Shown here: piece after piece, positions 9,010 through 18,591 of the stretch
How positions within the stretch are numbered: the stretch's first letter is position 1
How the letters are laid out: every line of letters starts with the position of its first letter
Assembly: GCA_964639285.1 (NCBI GenBank)
Contig: CAZXCI010000004.1
Location: 5,252 to 69,251, forward strand
Length of the DNA: 64,000 nucleotides
Direction: 5' to 3'
Source of the DNA: an uncultured Candidatus Saccharibacteria bacterium
GTDB lineage: Bacteria > Patescibacteriota > Minisyncoccia > Phycocordibacterales > XYD1-FULL-46-19
Notes under the pieces: generated by a model
Told to the model about the DNA's origin: nothing
Databases searched by the model: none
What the model saw: the letters and a program-made list of their open reading frames with translations, nothing else
Made by a program: the position numbers and the translations under genes

Positions 9010-10320
9010 ATGTCGTCATCAATAACAAACACCGGTGATAATACGCTTTCGTCAAACTTAAAGAGCATTTTGCCTAATTGCGATAAGGTAGATGCTTTGG
9101 TTGGATATTTTTACTTCTCTGGTTTTCGGGATTTACATAATGAACTAAAAGATAAACAAATTAGAATCTTGGTTGGAATGGATATTGATAAGAAAATTAT
9201 TGATAAAGTATCAACACTCAAAGATTTAAACCTAGACTCATATACAACAGATACAAAAACATCTTCTCGCTCTATTGCAAAGGATGATTACATTGAGAAC
9301 TTTTCAAGGATTTTTAACGACACAGATTTTTTTGATAATGACGAATCTCAGAAAGCTTTTGAGATATTTTTTTCGCAGGCAGACGAGACTAAAGAGTTAA
9401 ATATTTATAAAATCGAACACAAGATCTTAACACTAACGACTTGCGCGGTTATGGAAGATAAAAATAATTTAACCTCTTTTGAAATTGACGGTGTTAAATT
9501 TTCTCATTGGGAATTTAATTATCGAGACGGTTGGACAAATGACGCTTGGTTAGCGACGGCAGAAATTTCAGCTGAAAGTTTTTTGGATGCTTTAAATGAA
9601 TTAGCGAGAAAACTTTCAAAATTAATCTCTCGTATTTCTTTAATTTCCCAATCTTATATTGAATATATCAACGAACCATTTCTTATTCATAAAAAAGGGA
9701 GTGACGTATTTTTCTTCCGCTACGTAGCAGATGCTCATGTTGGAGGATTGATGTTTATGGAAAATGAACAAAAAGCTTTAAATCAACTTCTTAATAATAA
9801 AAACGTTCCAGAACCTTTTTATTATTATTGGAATGATGCAATCAACGCTTCTGGGTATTCAGCCAAATTACTTCTCATGTTTTCTGCGATTGAGTCACTT
9901 GTTAAAGATAATGGTAAAAAAAATTGGAATTTAACAAATGAAATATTAGGAAAAGATCTAGTTAAAGAATTGTTTGGGACGAAAGAAAATTCAAATACTG
10001 GACTTAGGCACAGACTTGTCCATGGAGAATATTTTGGAAATCTCGATCATGGGAAAAATTATCTGGAACTCGTTCACAATAAAGTAATATCTTACTTTAA
10101 TAAAAAAGTTTTAGACGAAAAATTAATACTAGAAAATATTGTTAATCCTCAGAGAAATTTGTTTGGAAATAAAGAACAAGAAAATTTCTTCTTGAAGGGT
10201 AAAGTCGAGCATAGAGATTTAAATCTGAAAGAAGTACTCAAAGATTTTGATGAAAACCGACCAATTTTACCCCAAAATTATGAAATTATTTATGACAAAA
10301 ATCTAGTGAATGTCTATTAA
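9010..10320 (+). CDS. Chimeric ORF: N-terminal fragment of a PLD/helicase-type protein fused to an ApeA-like HEPN protein
   Basis: N-term DALVGYFYFSGF...IRILVGM lacks a following HKD motif; C-term LLLMFSAIESL...LRHRLVHG (Rx4H). Confidence 0.6.
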   Translation: MSSSITNTGDNTLSSNLKSILPNCDKVDALVGYFYFSGFRDLHNELKDKQIRILVGMDIDKKIIDKVSTLKDLNLDSYTTDTKTSSRSIAKDDYIENFSRIFNDTDFFDNDESQKAFEIFFSQADETKELNIYKIEHKILTLTTCAVMEDKNNLTSFEIDGVKFSHWEFNYRDGWTNDAWLATAEISAESFLDALNELARKLSKLISRISLISQSYIEYINEPFLIHKKGSDVFFFRYVADAHVGGLMFMENEQKALNQLLNNKNVPEPFYYYWNDAINASGYSAKLLLMFSAIESLVKDNGKKNWNLTNEILGKDLVKELFGTKENSNTGLRHRLVHGEYFGNLDHGKNYLELVHNKVISYFNKKVLDEKLILENIVNPQRNLFGNKEQENFFLKGKVEHRDLNLKEVLKDFDENRPILPQNYEIIYDKNLVNVY

Positions 10321-10360
10321 AAGCTTAGAAATTGCCATATTATTAAGCTACCAAAGCAAA

Positions 10361-10393
10361 AGGGCCTGCGCGGAATAAATCCTTGCAGGCCCT
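10361..10393. terminator. Intrinsic terminator between convergent genes
   Basis: AGGGCCTGC...GCAGGCCCT stem with an adjacent A-run. Confidence 0.6.
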
Positions 10394-10396
10394 GTG

Positions 10397-12073
10397 TTAG
10401 ATAGTTCTAAGCAACTTGCGTGCCTTCTGCTCGGCCATGGCGACATACTCGTGAAAGTCGTCGACTTTGTTTAATTTGTTGTCAGCGATGAGATAAGCGA
10501 AATCGATTCTTGCCTTCTCAAGGAAATCGCGGTCATGAGATACCAAGATCACGGTTCCCTTGTAACTCGATAGAACTTCTTCAAGTGCTTCGACAGCTTC
10601 GGCGTCAAGATGATTGGTTGGCTCATCAAGCACTAAAGCGTTAACCGACAACAGAGAGAATAGGCTGAGCAATAAGCGAGCACGGCCACCCGGACTAATC
10701 TCAGAGATTTTGCCTCGGATGTCTTTCTCTCCGAAGCCAAACCTCACTAGGGCGGCGAAAACTTCCTGATCGATTCGTCCCGTTCGCTCTTTGATAAAAG
10801 CGAGCAAAGTTTCTTCGCGAGAGAGTGTCTCGTGCTCTTGCATCATGTTGCCGATCTTGAGACCAGAACCAATTGAGACTTGACCAGAGATCGGGGCCAG
10901 TTTGCCCGTGATCGTCTTGAGGAGTGTTGACTTGCCACTGCCGTTAAGCCCAAGAAAACCGACTCGATTGCCGTAACTGATGGCCAAACTAATCGGTCCA
11001 ATTTCAAACCGACCAGGATAACCAGCAACTACTTGGTCAAGCGAGATATCCATCGGACTACCATTGCTGTAGGCTTCAAGCGAGATAGACAACGGTTCGT
11101 GATCAACGACTCTTTCCACTTTATCCATTCGTTCGATCCGCTTCTCAAGAACCTTGGCCACCTTACCGGACTTTGACGATTTGTCTTGCTTGAAACCGCG
11201 CAAGAACTTATCATTGTCGCTACCTTGCCAACGAGAACCGCGAGTTGCTGCCGCTTTTTTCTCTCTGGCTTGTTCGGTGAGTCGGCTTATTTCCTCCTGT
11301 TGTTGACGATACTGCTCTTTCTGTCGGCTACGATCTTTCGCTTTTCGTTCGAGATACTCACTATATGAGCCGTTGCTCACATTGAGCAATCGAGTTTGTC
11401 GATCAAGTTCGAAAACTCGATCGGTTACTCGATCTAAGAAGCGTCGATCGTGCGAGACGATGATGCAGGCCACATCAGACTTCAACAAAAAATCTTCCAA
11501 CCAAATCAAGGCTGGCAGATCCAAGTTGTTCGTCGGCTCGTCGAGCAGAAGCAGGTCGATGCCGGTTAGCAGGATGCCTATCAGAGCAACTTTGCTCTTT
11601 TGACCGCTAGACAGATCGGATAACGGCCGATCAAGTCCAACATTGTCCATACTGAAACCAGACATCATCACTTCGGCTCGATGTTTGAGTGAGTAGCCAT
11701 CGAGATGGTCATAACGCTCATGGACGTTGGCATAGTGATCGCTTATCGCTTTGTCACTCAAACCAGTTTCCAGTCGAACCAACTCTTCTTCCAGTGCGGC
11801 GATACCTGTCACCCGGTGCAGATACTGCCAAATCGTCTCGGTCCCAGCCATGCTGGTATCTTGGGGCATATAGCCAAGACAGGTGCCTCGACTAATTTCG
11901 ACTTGACCGCTCTCTGCTACATCCAAACCAGCGATAATCTTAAGCAGGGTTGTTTTACCAACCCCATTACTACCAACCAAAGCCACTCTTTGCCCACGTT
12001 CCAAGCTAAAGGAGACGTCGGAGAACACGACTTTAGTACCGTAGCTTTTGCTGATTTTCTTAACTTTTAGCAT
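10397..12073 (-). CDS. ABC-F family ATPase (ribosome-associated)
   Basis: Two NBDs (GSNGVGKT/LSSGQ/LLLDEPTN and GLNGSGKS/ISPGG/LVLDEPTNHLD), long helical linker, no TM domain. Confidence 0.9.
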   Translation of the reverse strand: MLKVKKISKSYGTKVVFSDVSFSLERGQRVALVGSNGVGKTTLLKIIAGLDVAESGQVEISRGTCLGYMPQDTSMAGTETIWQYLHRVTGIAALEEELVRLETGLSDKAISDHYANVHERYDHLDGYSLKHRAEVMMSGFSMDNVGLDRPLSDLSSGQKSKVALIGILLTGIDLLLLDEPTNNLDLPALIWLEDFLLKSDVACIIVSHDRRFLDRVTDRVFELDRQTRLLNVSNGSYSEYLERKAKDRSRQKEQYRQQQEEISRLTEQAREKKAAATRGSRWQGSDNDKFLRGFKQDKSSKSGKVAKVLEKRIERMDKVERVVDHEPLSISLEAYSNGSPMDISLDQVVAGYPGRFEIGPISLAISYGNRVGFLGLNGSGKSTLLKTITGKLAPISGQVSIGSGLKIGNMMQEHETLSREETLLAFIKERTGRIDQEVFAALVRFGFGEKDIRGKISEISPGGRARLLLSLFSLLSVNALVLDEPTNHLDAEAVEALEEVLSSYKGTVILVSHDRDFLEKARIDFAYLIADNKLNKVDDFHEYVAMAEQKARKLLRTI

Positions 12074-12192
12074 AGTTCTTAGTCTCCTTTCCCTTGTTGT
12101 TAGGCCTAATTGCCTAGAATTATAGCATTTACGAAGAACACCCCAAAGTGATTCTACTCTAATTTACCATAATGTAAATACTATAAAACTAA

Positions 12193-12223
12193 ATCCCCGA
12201 GTAGTCCAGAGCTACTCGGGGAT
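12193..12223 (-). terminator. Terminator of the peptide-rSAM-MTAP operon
   Basis: ATCCCCGAGTAG-N7-CTACTCGGGGAT perfect stem. Confidence 0.7.
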
Positions 12224-12240
12224 GGGAACAAAGGGATAAT

Positions 12241-13101
12241 TCAGCTTTCATAGTAGGCTTTGATGGAGGTTTCGGCGCATCGACACTGCATCCGACTGGA
12301 CATCAGATCGATAAAACCGAGAAGTAACTGCTTGGTTCTGGCGATATCGTCTCGAAAGACGGTCAGCACTGCTTCCCGATTCGATGTATTAAAAAGGTCC
12401 ATGGTTAAGGCCTTACCAACACCGACATCATAGTCGGTGATCGCGGCAATCGCTCCGTAGCACAACCCCAATTCGCGGGCAAAGTAACATTCGGGATATT
12501 GAGTCATGTTGACCAGATCCCAACCATTCTTCGCCAGCCACTCGCTTTCTGCTCGTGTCGAGAAGCGAGGACCTTGGATCACCGCAACTGTCCCAGTCGG
12601 GGTGACAGCTAACGGAATTCTCCTTGCCAGCTCGATTAAAAGCATTCGCATTTCGGTACAATAGGGGTTAGCCATCGGTAGGTGCAGAAACGAGTGGTCC
12701 GTCTCGAAATGATCGTCTCGACCCCACGTCAGATTGACGAATTGATCAAGAACAACCAAACTTCCCGGGACTAACTCCTTTTGCAAACTACCGGCGATAC
12801 AAGTCGCAACAATGTGACGAACACCGATTTCCTTCAATGCCCACAAATTGGCTTTGTAGGGCACGCGATGCGGTGGCCAGTTGTGCTTTTCTCCGTGTCT
12901 TGGTAGAAAAGCGACAACTTTTCCGGCATATTCTCCGATCAAGATTTGATCAGACGTTGGACCGTAAGGGGTGACAACATCAACCTTCTCAATCGGATTT
13001 AACTCGGAAAAACTGCATAGGCCGGAACCGCCGATGATCGCTAGCTCGGGTCTTTGGCCCGAAGCCAGTTTAACACTTGAACTTGGACCAGATGAGCTCA
13101 T
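12241..13101 (-). CDS. mtnP: S-methyl-5'-thioadenosine / purine nucleoside phosphorylase
   Basis: IIGGSG, TPYGPTS, FLPRHG, GPRFSTRAES, VNMT..PE..FARELG, TDYD motifs; AGGAGG SD before ATG 13101; overlaps the rSAM stop. Confidence 0.9.
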   Translation of the reverse strand: MSSSGPSSSVKLASGQRPELAIIGGSGLCSFSELNPIEKVDVVTPYGPTSDQILIGEYAGKVVAFLPRHGEKHNWPPHRVPYKANLWALKEIGVRHIVATCIAGSLQKELVPGSLVVLDQFVNLTWGRDDHFETDHSFLHLPMANPYCTEMRMLLIELARRIPLAVTPTGTVAVIQGPRFSTRAESEWLAKNGWDLVNMTQYPECYFARELGLCYGAIAAITDYDVGVGKALTMDLFNTSNREAVLTVFRDDIARTKQLLLGFIDLMSSRMQCRCAETSIKAYYES

Positions 13102-14395
13102 TGAACACCTCCTGCGTAAAAACGCGACTAGATTCATCCATCGCCATAAGGTTGCCAGTTAACTCGCGACAACCCCAGGCGCAACCAGCTCCACACAAAC
13201 TCTTGAAATCATCCTCACGGAAACCGGGGTGATAGAGTGGCAGACGTTTCCGCCACTCAGTGACAACTGACGTGTTCCAGATTCGGAAATCCGAGGCCAA
13301 CACTTGAACAGCACCAAGCTCTTCTCTCGCGAATGGACAATTGGACACCTGGCCGTTGGCCAAGACAACCAATTGATTACCGTAGCAAGTACAATCAACA
13401 GGGAAGAAATCTTGACCATCAAAGGCCTCAATCTTTTTCTCCATCTGGTAATCGCCATGATGCTTAGCGTTGGCGATTACCGCTTGGGCCGCTTGGTGAT
13501 AATAACGATCCAGACCATCAACTCCGACAATCTCAAGCAGAGCTTTCCCTTTTAGGAAATTGAAGCCGAATTTCTCGACTCCGAGTCCTTCAAAGAACTG
13601 GCTGTAACTCTCGAGCTGATCGATGTTGTGTGGGGTGATCGTTACCGAAGCGAAGGTCTTAACCCTATGATTAACAAGGGCATTGATCGCTTCAACCGTT
13701 CGCTCATAGGTGCCTTTCCCACCAGCATCGGGACGATAGATATCATTGATCTCGGGTGGGCCATCAAGCCCCACCGCTACCAACAAATCATATTCTCGAC
13801 ATAGACGCAGGAAATTATCGTTTACCAACGAGCCGTTGGTTGTCACCATCAGGAAGATACGCGAAGTCGGCAAAGCACCATTCTCGCGCAAACCTTTCAA
13901 GTAGACAAGGACATCCTCCATCACTTCGCAGTTCAGGAGCGGTTCGCCTCCATAGAAAATGACATAGTAATCAATCTCCGGGTCAGCGACTTCCCTCAGA
14001 TGATCCAGCCAAAGATTAACTCCGGCGATCGCGTTGTCTCGACTTAAACATTTTTCCGCTTGGGACAAAGAGGCTTTAGCCGGACAGTAACGACAACCAA
14101 AATTGCATCTTTGAGAAAGCATGAGGTACAAGATTACAGGTTGATTCAGCTTCTTTAACAGTTTAGCCGAGACCAACCGATACTCCGCCTCATCCTCTTC
14201 CACTGAGTTGATAACCAATTTCTTGGCCAGCAACCCATCCAGTATCTCTTGAGGAATATCTCCTATCGAACCAGTTGTGAGCCCCACCCATTCGCCATCA
14301 GGCAAATATATAGGACTCGGGTGAAGGTCGTGAAAGAGGGCCACCAAGCCACTCTTCCGGCGAACTCTCAGATAACGCGACCATTGTAGTGACAT
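13070..14395 (-). CDS. Radical SAM/SPASM protein, putative peptide maturase
   Basis: CNFGCRYC, FYGGEPLLN, TTNGSL, GLDGP; C-terminal CxC...C...Cx3Cx3C; N-terminal RRE-like region; AAAGGAGG SD before ATG 14395. Confidence 0.9.
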   Translation of the reverse strand: MSLQWSRYLRVRRKSGLVALFHDLHPSPIYLPDGEWVGLTTGSIGDIPQEILDGLLAKKLVINSVEEDEAEYRLVSAKLLKKLNQPVILYLMLSQRCNFGCRYCPAKASLSQAEKCLSRDNAIAGVNLWLDHLREVADPEIDYYVIFYGGEPLLNCEVMEDVLVYLKGLRENGALPTSRIFLMVTTNGSLVNDNFLRLCREYDLLVAVGLDGPPEINDIYRPDAGGKGTYERTVEAINALVNHRVKTFASVTITPHNIDQLESYSQFFEGLGVEKFGFNFLKGKALLEIVGVDGLDRYYHQAAQAVIANAKHHGDYQMEKKIEAFDGQDFFPVDCTCYGNQLVVLANGQVSNCPFAREELGAVQVLASDFRIWNTSVVTEWRKRLPLYHPGFREDDFKSLCGAGCAWGCRELTGNLMAMDESSRVFTQEVFNELIWSKFKC

Positions 14396-14502
14396 AAGCC
14401 CTCCTTTCTGTTTTGTCGCATCTATATTAAAAGCCCCCGCCAACACAGACGTCATTGTCCGTATCAGCAAAGGGCTTTGTTTTCGCGGCGCGGTGCCCGC
14501 GC

Positions 14503-14679
14503 TTACTCGGCGGTCTGTTTCAGGGCCATCCACTGGTCGTGTGTCAGCTTGACGTGGCCACCGTGGTCGTCCTTGATGTGGACCTCGCCGGGCGTGTTGA
14601 AGTCGACGGTCGGGCAACAACCCTGAACACCGCACAGCGTAACAACGCCCTTTTTCACCATACTCGTGGGAGCATCCAT
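14503..14679 (-). CDS. Small Cys-rich peptide, putative rSAM substrate or partner (DUF397-like)
   Basis: MDAPTSMVKKGVVTLCGVQGCCPTVDFNTPGEVHIKDDHGGHVKLTHDQWMALKQTAE; GGAGG SD; first gene behind a good promoter. Confidence 0.75.
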   Translation of the reverse strand: MDAPTSMVKKGVVTLCGVQGCCPTVDFNTPGEVHIKDDHGGHVKLTHDQWMALKQTAE

Positions 14680-14759
14680 GATACTTCTTACCTCCATATT
14701 ATAGGGAACATTGCCATATACCTTTTCTCCACATAGAGAAAGGTAATGACTCTGGTTAA

Positions 14760-14788
14760 AGGATAGTATGAATAAAGAGAGGTGTCAA
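14760..14788 (-). promoter_or_regulatory. Sigma70-type promoter of the peptide operon
   Basis: TTGACA-N17-TATCCT on the minus strand. Confidence 0.6.
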
Positions 14789-14801
14789 GCTCTCATAGAT
14801 A

Positions 14802-15185
14802 TTATCTCCGGTCAAAATAGTCTTGTACCTTAGCCGCTAAAGCCATCGGCATTAGTTCGGTTTTGCCCCAGAATTCAGTCGCTCCCAGTGCCATAAATTT
14901 TTCTTTAACCTCTTTCTTGTCAAGATTAGTAAAAACAATGACTGGGATATCTTTAGTTTCAGGATCGACTTTCAGTCTTTTTAATACTTCTTCACCATCG
15001 ACATCTTCCATGACAATATCGAGAACGATAACTTTGGGATGCCATCTTTTAGCTTGTTGGATACCAACTTCACCACCATTGGCCATAACACTAGGAATTT
15101 TCATTAAGTCAAAAGCTGATTTGTATAAAAACATCTGATCCGAATCATCCTCAATCATTAATACTTGTTTTATTTCTTCGGCCAT
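14802..15185 (-). CDS. Single-domain response regulator (CheY-like)
   Basis: IEDD, VLDIVM (phospho-Asp), VFTN and K motifs. Confidence 0.9.
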   Translation of the reverse strand: MAEEIKQVLMIEDDSDQMFLYKSAFDLMKIPSVMANGGEVGIQQAKRWHPKVIVLDIVMEDVDGEEVLKRLKVDPETKDIPVIVFTNLDKKEVKEKFMALGATEFWGKTELMPMALAAKVQDYFDRR

Positions 15186-15216
15186 AATATTTATTTATAG
15201 TGAGTTTATTGAACTG

Positions 15217-17376
15217 TTATTTAGTTTTTGGGATTGTAATTGTAAATTCAGTACCTTTACCTTCTTCACTAGTGAATGTAATTGTTCCACCAGAGTGAGC
15301 CTCGATGATTTCTTTAGTGATAAAAAGACCTAAGCCAGAACCATCAGTGTACATATCGACAGCATTTTTTGCCCGTTCAAATTTGCCAAACATCCTCGCT
15401 TGATCATCTTTCGGGATACCGACACCCGTATCTTTAACCTTAATGATAATACTTTGGGGATTTTCGTCCAGTAGCACTTCTACCTTACCCTCTTTGGTGT
15501 ACTTCAGCGCGTTATCAACCAGATTGAAGCAGGCCTGTTCCAAGTAATCGGGATCAGAATTGATTTGCGGATTGGCCAGATTAGGAGTAAAGATTAATTG
15601 TAGCTTCTTCTCATTGGCAAAGGTTTGATTGTCAGCAATGACATCAGTCAATATTTTGTTAAGCTCAACGGGTACGATCCTTTTCTCCACAAAACTAAAT
15701 TTCTCTGTATCAAATTCCGAAGCTTGAAGAATGTCGCGAATGATTTGGCTAATCTTAAGCGACTTTTGATAGATATTATCAATCAACTTATTCTGCGTCT
15801 CGACTGGCATTTTTTGGACCGAACCCTCTTTGAACATTGAGATAGTGCCAGAAATAACAGAGATTGGAGTTTTAAGTTGGTGAGAAGCGATGTCCAAAAA
15901 TTCTGACCTCATCGCTAACAATTTCTTTAAGTGTTCCGCTTGCTCTTCAAGCACCTTGGTCTTATCTTGCAAGCTCATTGTCTGCTCGTTGACTTTTTGT
16001 TTGAGTGTTTTGTTGAAATCCTTAACTTCCTTGTATAGTTCGGCGTTATCAATCGCGATCGCGGCTTGATTTGAGAGTGTCATTAGCAACTCAAGGTCTT
16101 CAACTGTAAATGGATCACCGATCACTTTTGGGCCTAAAATAATTAAGCCAATCAAACGCTCGTTACTAACCATGGGCAAACAAATTGTTGCCCCTAAACT
16201 CTTAACTTGCTCATAAACAGCACTAAAAATTTCTCGCTGTTCTTTTAATCTCTCGTCGTTAACTAAAATACTCAATTCTTCAAGTACCACCGGGCGTTGA
16301 TTAGTTTGCAGGTATTTTATAAGTGGGTCTTTTTTTACTGAACGGTCATTCTTCTGAAATAAATTAATCTCTACTCGGGTGATGCCAAGAGATTCTCTGA
16401 TTGTTGTCGAAACCAAATCATTAATTTTAGACAAGTCGGTATAGTGAGTTAATTGACCAGAGACCCGATTAATAGTTTCTTGGTAATTGTAGAGCGAAAA
16501 AAATAAATATTTATTGGCTAATTTTTCAATCCACTTGGAAGAATACTGGAAAAGTGTGACAAAAAGAACCGCAATGACAATTCCAAGGAGGAAAGATTTA
16601 TTAGAATAAGCTCCACCAAGTAGATTATTTTCAAACCAGAGAATAACGTAATAGGCGACATAAGCAATAACACTCGCTCCGGCAAAAATAAAAATCTTTC
16701 GAGCGACGATGCGAATGTCCATTAAGCGATAGCGGATAATTGAATAAGCCACGGTGGCAACATAAGCTGAAGTAAAGATATTAAAAATCGGCGGAATAGG
16801 GATATAATACCAGAGAAAATAATTAGTCGAACCGCCAGCAAAACCAAAAATCATACCTAGTAAAACATATTTAATTTGAAGTCGTTGCAAGCCTTCAGCA
16901 GAACGATAACGTTGATAAAGCAGATAGGAAGAATAGATGACGTAGGCTAACCAAATCGGCAAGAAGATATTAAAGATTGGACCAGCAATTGGCCAGAAAG
17001 CAAAGCCGAGAAGTGGTTCGACATGACTAATAAACAAAGGAGTAGCATTAAATAGAAGGAAGATAACAAAAAGAAAATAACTAAGAACCAGAAATATCTT
17101 TTGTTTTGGGATATTTAAAAAACGAAGGACAAAGTGTAAATAAGTAACCGGAATAAAAATTGCACCCGCCATTAATACTCGGCACCAAAATAGGGCTGAA
17201 TCAGGATTATTAGCAATCTGCCAGAGATAATAAAAGAAACTCCAAAAAGCGATAGTAAAAGCAAAGGCCGAAAAAGCCTGACTCGTTCGGTCTTTTTTAT
17301 TCTTAACTAAAACAAAAAGCCCAAGTCCCAAACTCGTTAAAAAATTAAATAGTGCCGAGAAAGCGTAAAAAGTCAT
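15217..17376 (-). CDS. Histidine kinase with N-terminal 7TM (HisKA_7TM-like) and GAF domains
   Basis: Multi-TM N-terminus, GAF (DPFTVEDLELL...QAAIAIDNA), H-box ASHQLKTP, N-box NLVDNALKY, DTGVG, GSGLGL. Confidence 0.92.
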   Translation of the reverse strand: MTFYAFSALFNFLTSLGLGLFVLVKNKKDRTSQAFSAFAFTIAFWSFFYYLWQIANNPDSALFWCRVLMAGAIFIPVTYLHFVLRFLNIPKQKIFLVLSYFLFVIFLLFNATPLFISHVEPLLGFAFWPIAGPIFNIFLPIWLAYVIYSSYLLYQRYRSAEGLQRLQIKYVLLGMIFGFAGGSTNYFLWYYIPIPPIFNIFTSAYVATVAYSIIRYRLMDIRIVARKIFIFAGASVIAYVAYYVILWFENNLLGGAYSNKSFLLGIVIAVLFVTLFQYSSKWIEKLANKYLFFSLYNYQETINRVSGQLTHYTDLSKINDLVSTTIRESLGITRVEINLFQKNDRSVKKDPLIKYLQTNQRPVVLEELSILVNDERLKEQREIFSAVYEQVKSLGATICLPMVSNERLIGLIILGPKVIGDPFTVEDLELLMTLSNQAAIAIDNAELYKEVKDFNKTLKQKVNEQTMSLQDKTKVLEEQAEHLKKLLAMRSEFLDIASHQLKTPISVISGTISMFKEGSVQKMPVETQNKLIDNIYQKSLKISQIIRDILQASEFDTEKFSFVEKRIVPVELNKILTDVIADNQTFANEKKLQLIFTPNLANPQINSDPDYLEQACFNLVDNALKYTKEGKVEVLLDENPQSIIIKVKDTGVGIPKDDQARMFGKFERAKNAVDMYTDGSGLGLFITKEIIEAHSGGTITFTSEEGKGTEFTITIPKTK

Positions 17377-17461
17377 TTGATATTTTTGAGAAAGAAAAAT
17401 CGCCCCGACTCAGTGTTTATTATAATACCAAGTCCGGGCGACGTCAGGCTCTTTCTGTTGA

Positions 17462-18430
17462 TTAAGCCTTCTTGTGAGCGACAACGATACCGTGGATCAT
17501 AAGGGGCTCGTAAATCAGGCGGAAATCATCGAAGTAGGACTGCTCGATGACGTCAGCGAGTTCTCGTGGCGACCGATAGATCATTGGCCAGTTGATAACC
17601 CACTTGAGGAAGTGCTGTTCGAAGTTCGGAGCAATGTTGCAGGTCAGATACAGACCGCCAGGCATTAGTGACTGCCTGATTTGCGACGACAGATGGATCG
17701 CCGTTTCTTGTGGTAGGTAGTCGAGCAGGCCCAACATCTCTACCACATGCGGTTTGAAGTCACGAGCAAAGTCCAAATTCTTGAGTGCGTTCGCTTGCAA
17801 GGTTTGGATTCGATCACGAACTCCATACTGTTCTGCTAATTGCTCAGCGTAAGCCAGTGCGGCCGGATTGATGTCGACCAGAAGCACTTTGACCGTGATG
17901 CCTTGTCGCTTGAGACGTGACACCACTTTAATCACGGCTTCGGCCGATCCGCAAGCCAAGGACATAATCCGCACTTCCGGCTCATTCGCGAACTGCACCA
18001 GCGCCCGACGGACCTCCATGGTCACAACTTTCAAACGGTTACGCACCGCTTGAGCGTTGACCATACCGATCCAGAAATCATCTAGTAATCCGCCAATTGT
18101 GCGTTTTCCACCAAATTGGTGGTTGTAGATGATGTCAAGAGCCTTCCAACCGGCCGCCGTTCCCTTGATCTGCATCAATTCCGATCCAAGACCATCAAAC
18201 CAGAGAGTATTGATGGACGGACCAGGCAGACCGAGGGCTTGGCGCAATTGTTTCTTGGCCATCACCCAGAGGGTGAGTAACCAAGAGATTGGCAGGGTTA
18301 GCACATACGGCCAGTAGCGCTTCTCGTACACAGAACGAGATGTCCCGACAGTATGCCCAACCGTTCCCGCTTCTTCGGCCAACCAATTGGCTTCCGAGGC
18401 AATTTCGATAGTCAAACCTTGTCCGTTCAT
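17462..18430 (-). CDS. Class I SAM-dependent methyltransferase (PhcB-like by motif pattern)
   Basis: AVRNR, IMSLACGSA, LVDINPAAL, GLLDYL, LMPGG...CNIAPN, W.MIYRS; AAGGAG SD before ATG 18430. Confidence 0.8.
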   Translation of the reverse strand: MNGQGLTIEIASEANWLAEEAGTVGHTVGTSRSVYEKRYWPYVLTLPISWLLTLWVMAKKQLRQALGLPGPSINTLWFDGLGSELMQIKGTAAGWKALDIIYNHQFGGKRTIGGLLDDFWIGMVNAQAVRNRLKVVTMEVRRALVQFANEPEVRIMSLACGSAEAVIKVVSRLKRQGITVKVLLVDINPAALAYAEQLAEQYGVRDRIQTLQANALKNLDFARDFKPHVVEMLGLLDYLPQETAIHLSSQIRQSLMPGGLYLTCNIAPNFEQHFLKWVINWPMIYRSPRELADVIEQSYFDDFRLIYEPLMIHGIVVAHKKA

Positions 18431-18591
18431 TGCTATTCTCTCCTTTCTCAGGTTGTTTTTCACAAAGACCAAGTTATTGTTTGATTCCATTTTCCATGGA
18501 ACCACCAAATATAAGACTAGTCAAGTTTTTGTGCACAAAACTAAAGGGGGCCTGGATTTCTCCACACCCCCCGTTTCTCCTTTCTCTTGTT

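Noticed and set aside
12120-12128. ATG-CTA-TAA mini-ORF upstream of the ABC-F as an attenuation leader
   Set aside because: Better explained as an extended -10 (TGCTATAAT); no attenuator structure is evident.
14396-14635. 80-aa N-terminal extension of the rSAM ORF in the track
   Set aside because: It overlaps the peptide gene in another frame, and a strong SD precedes ATG 14395.
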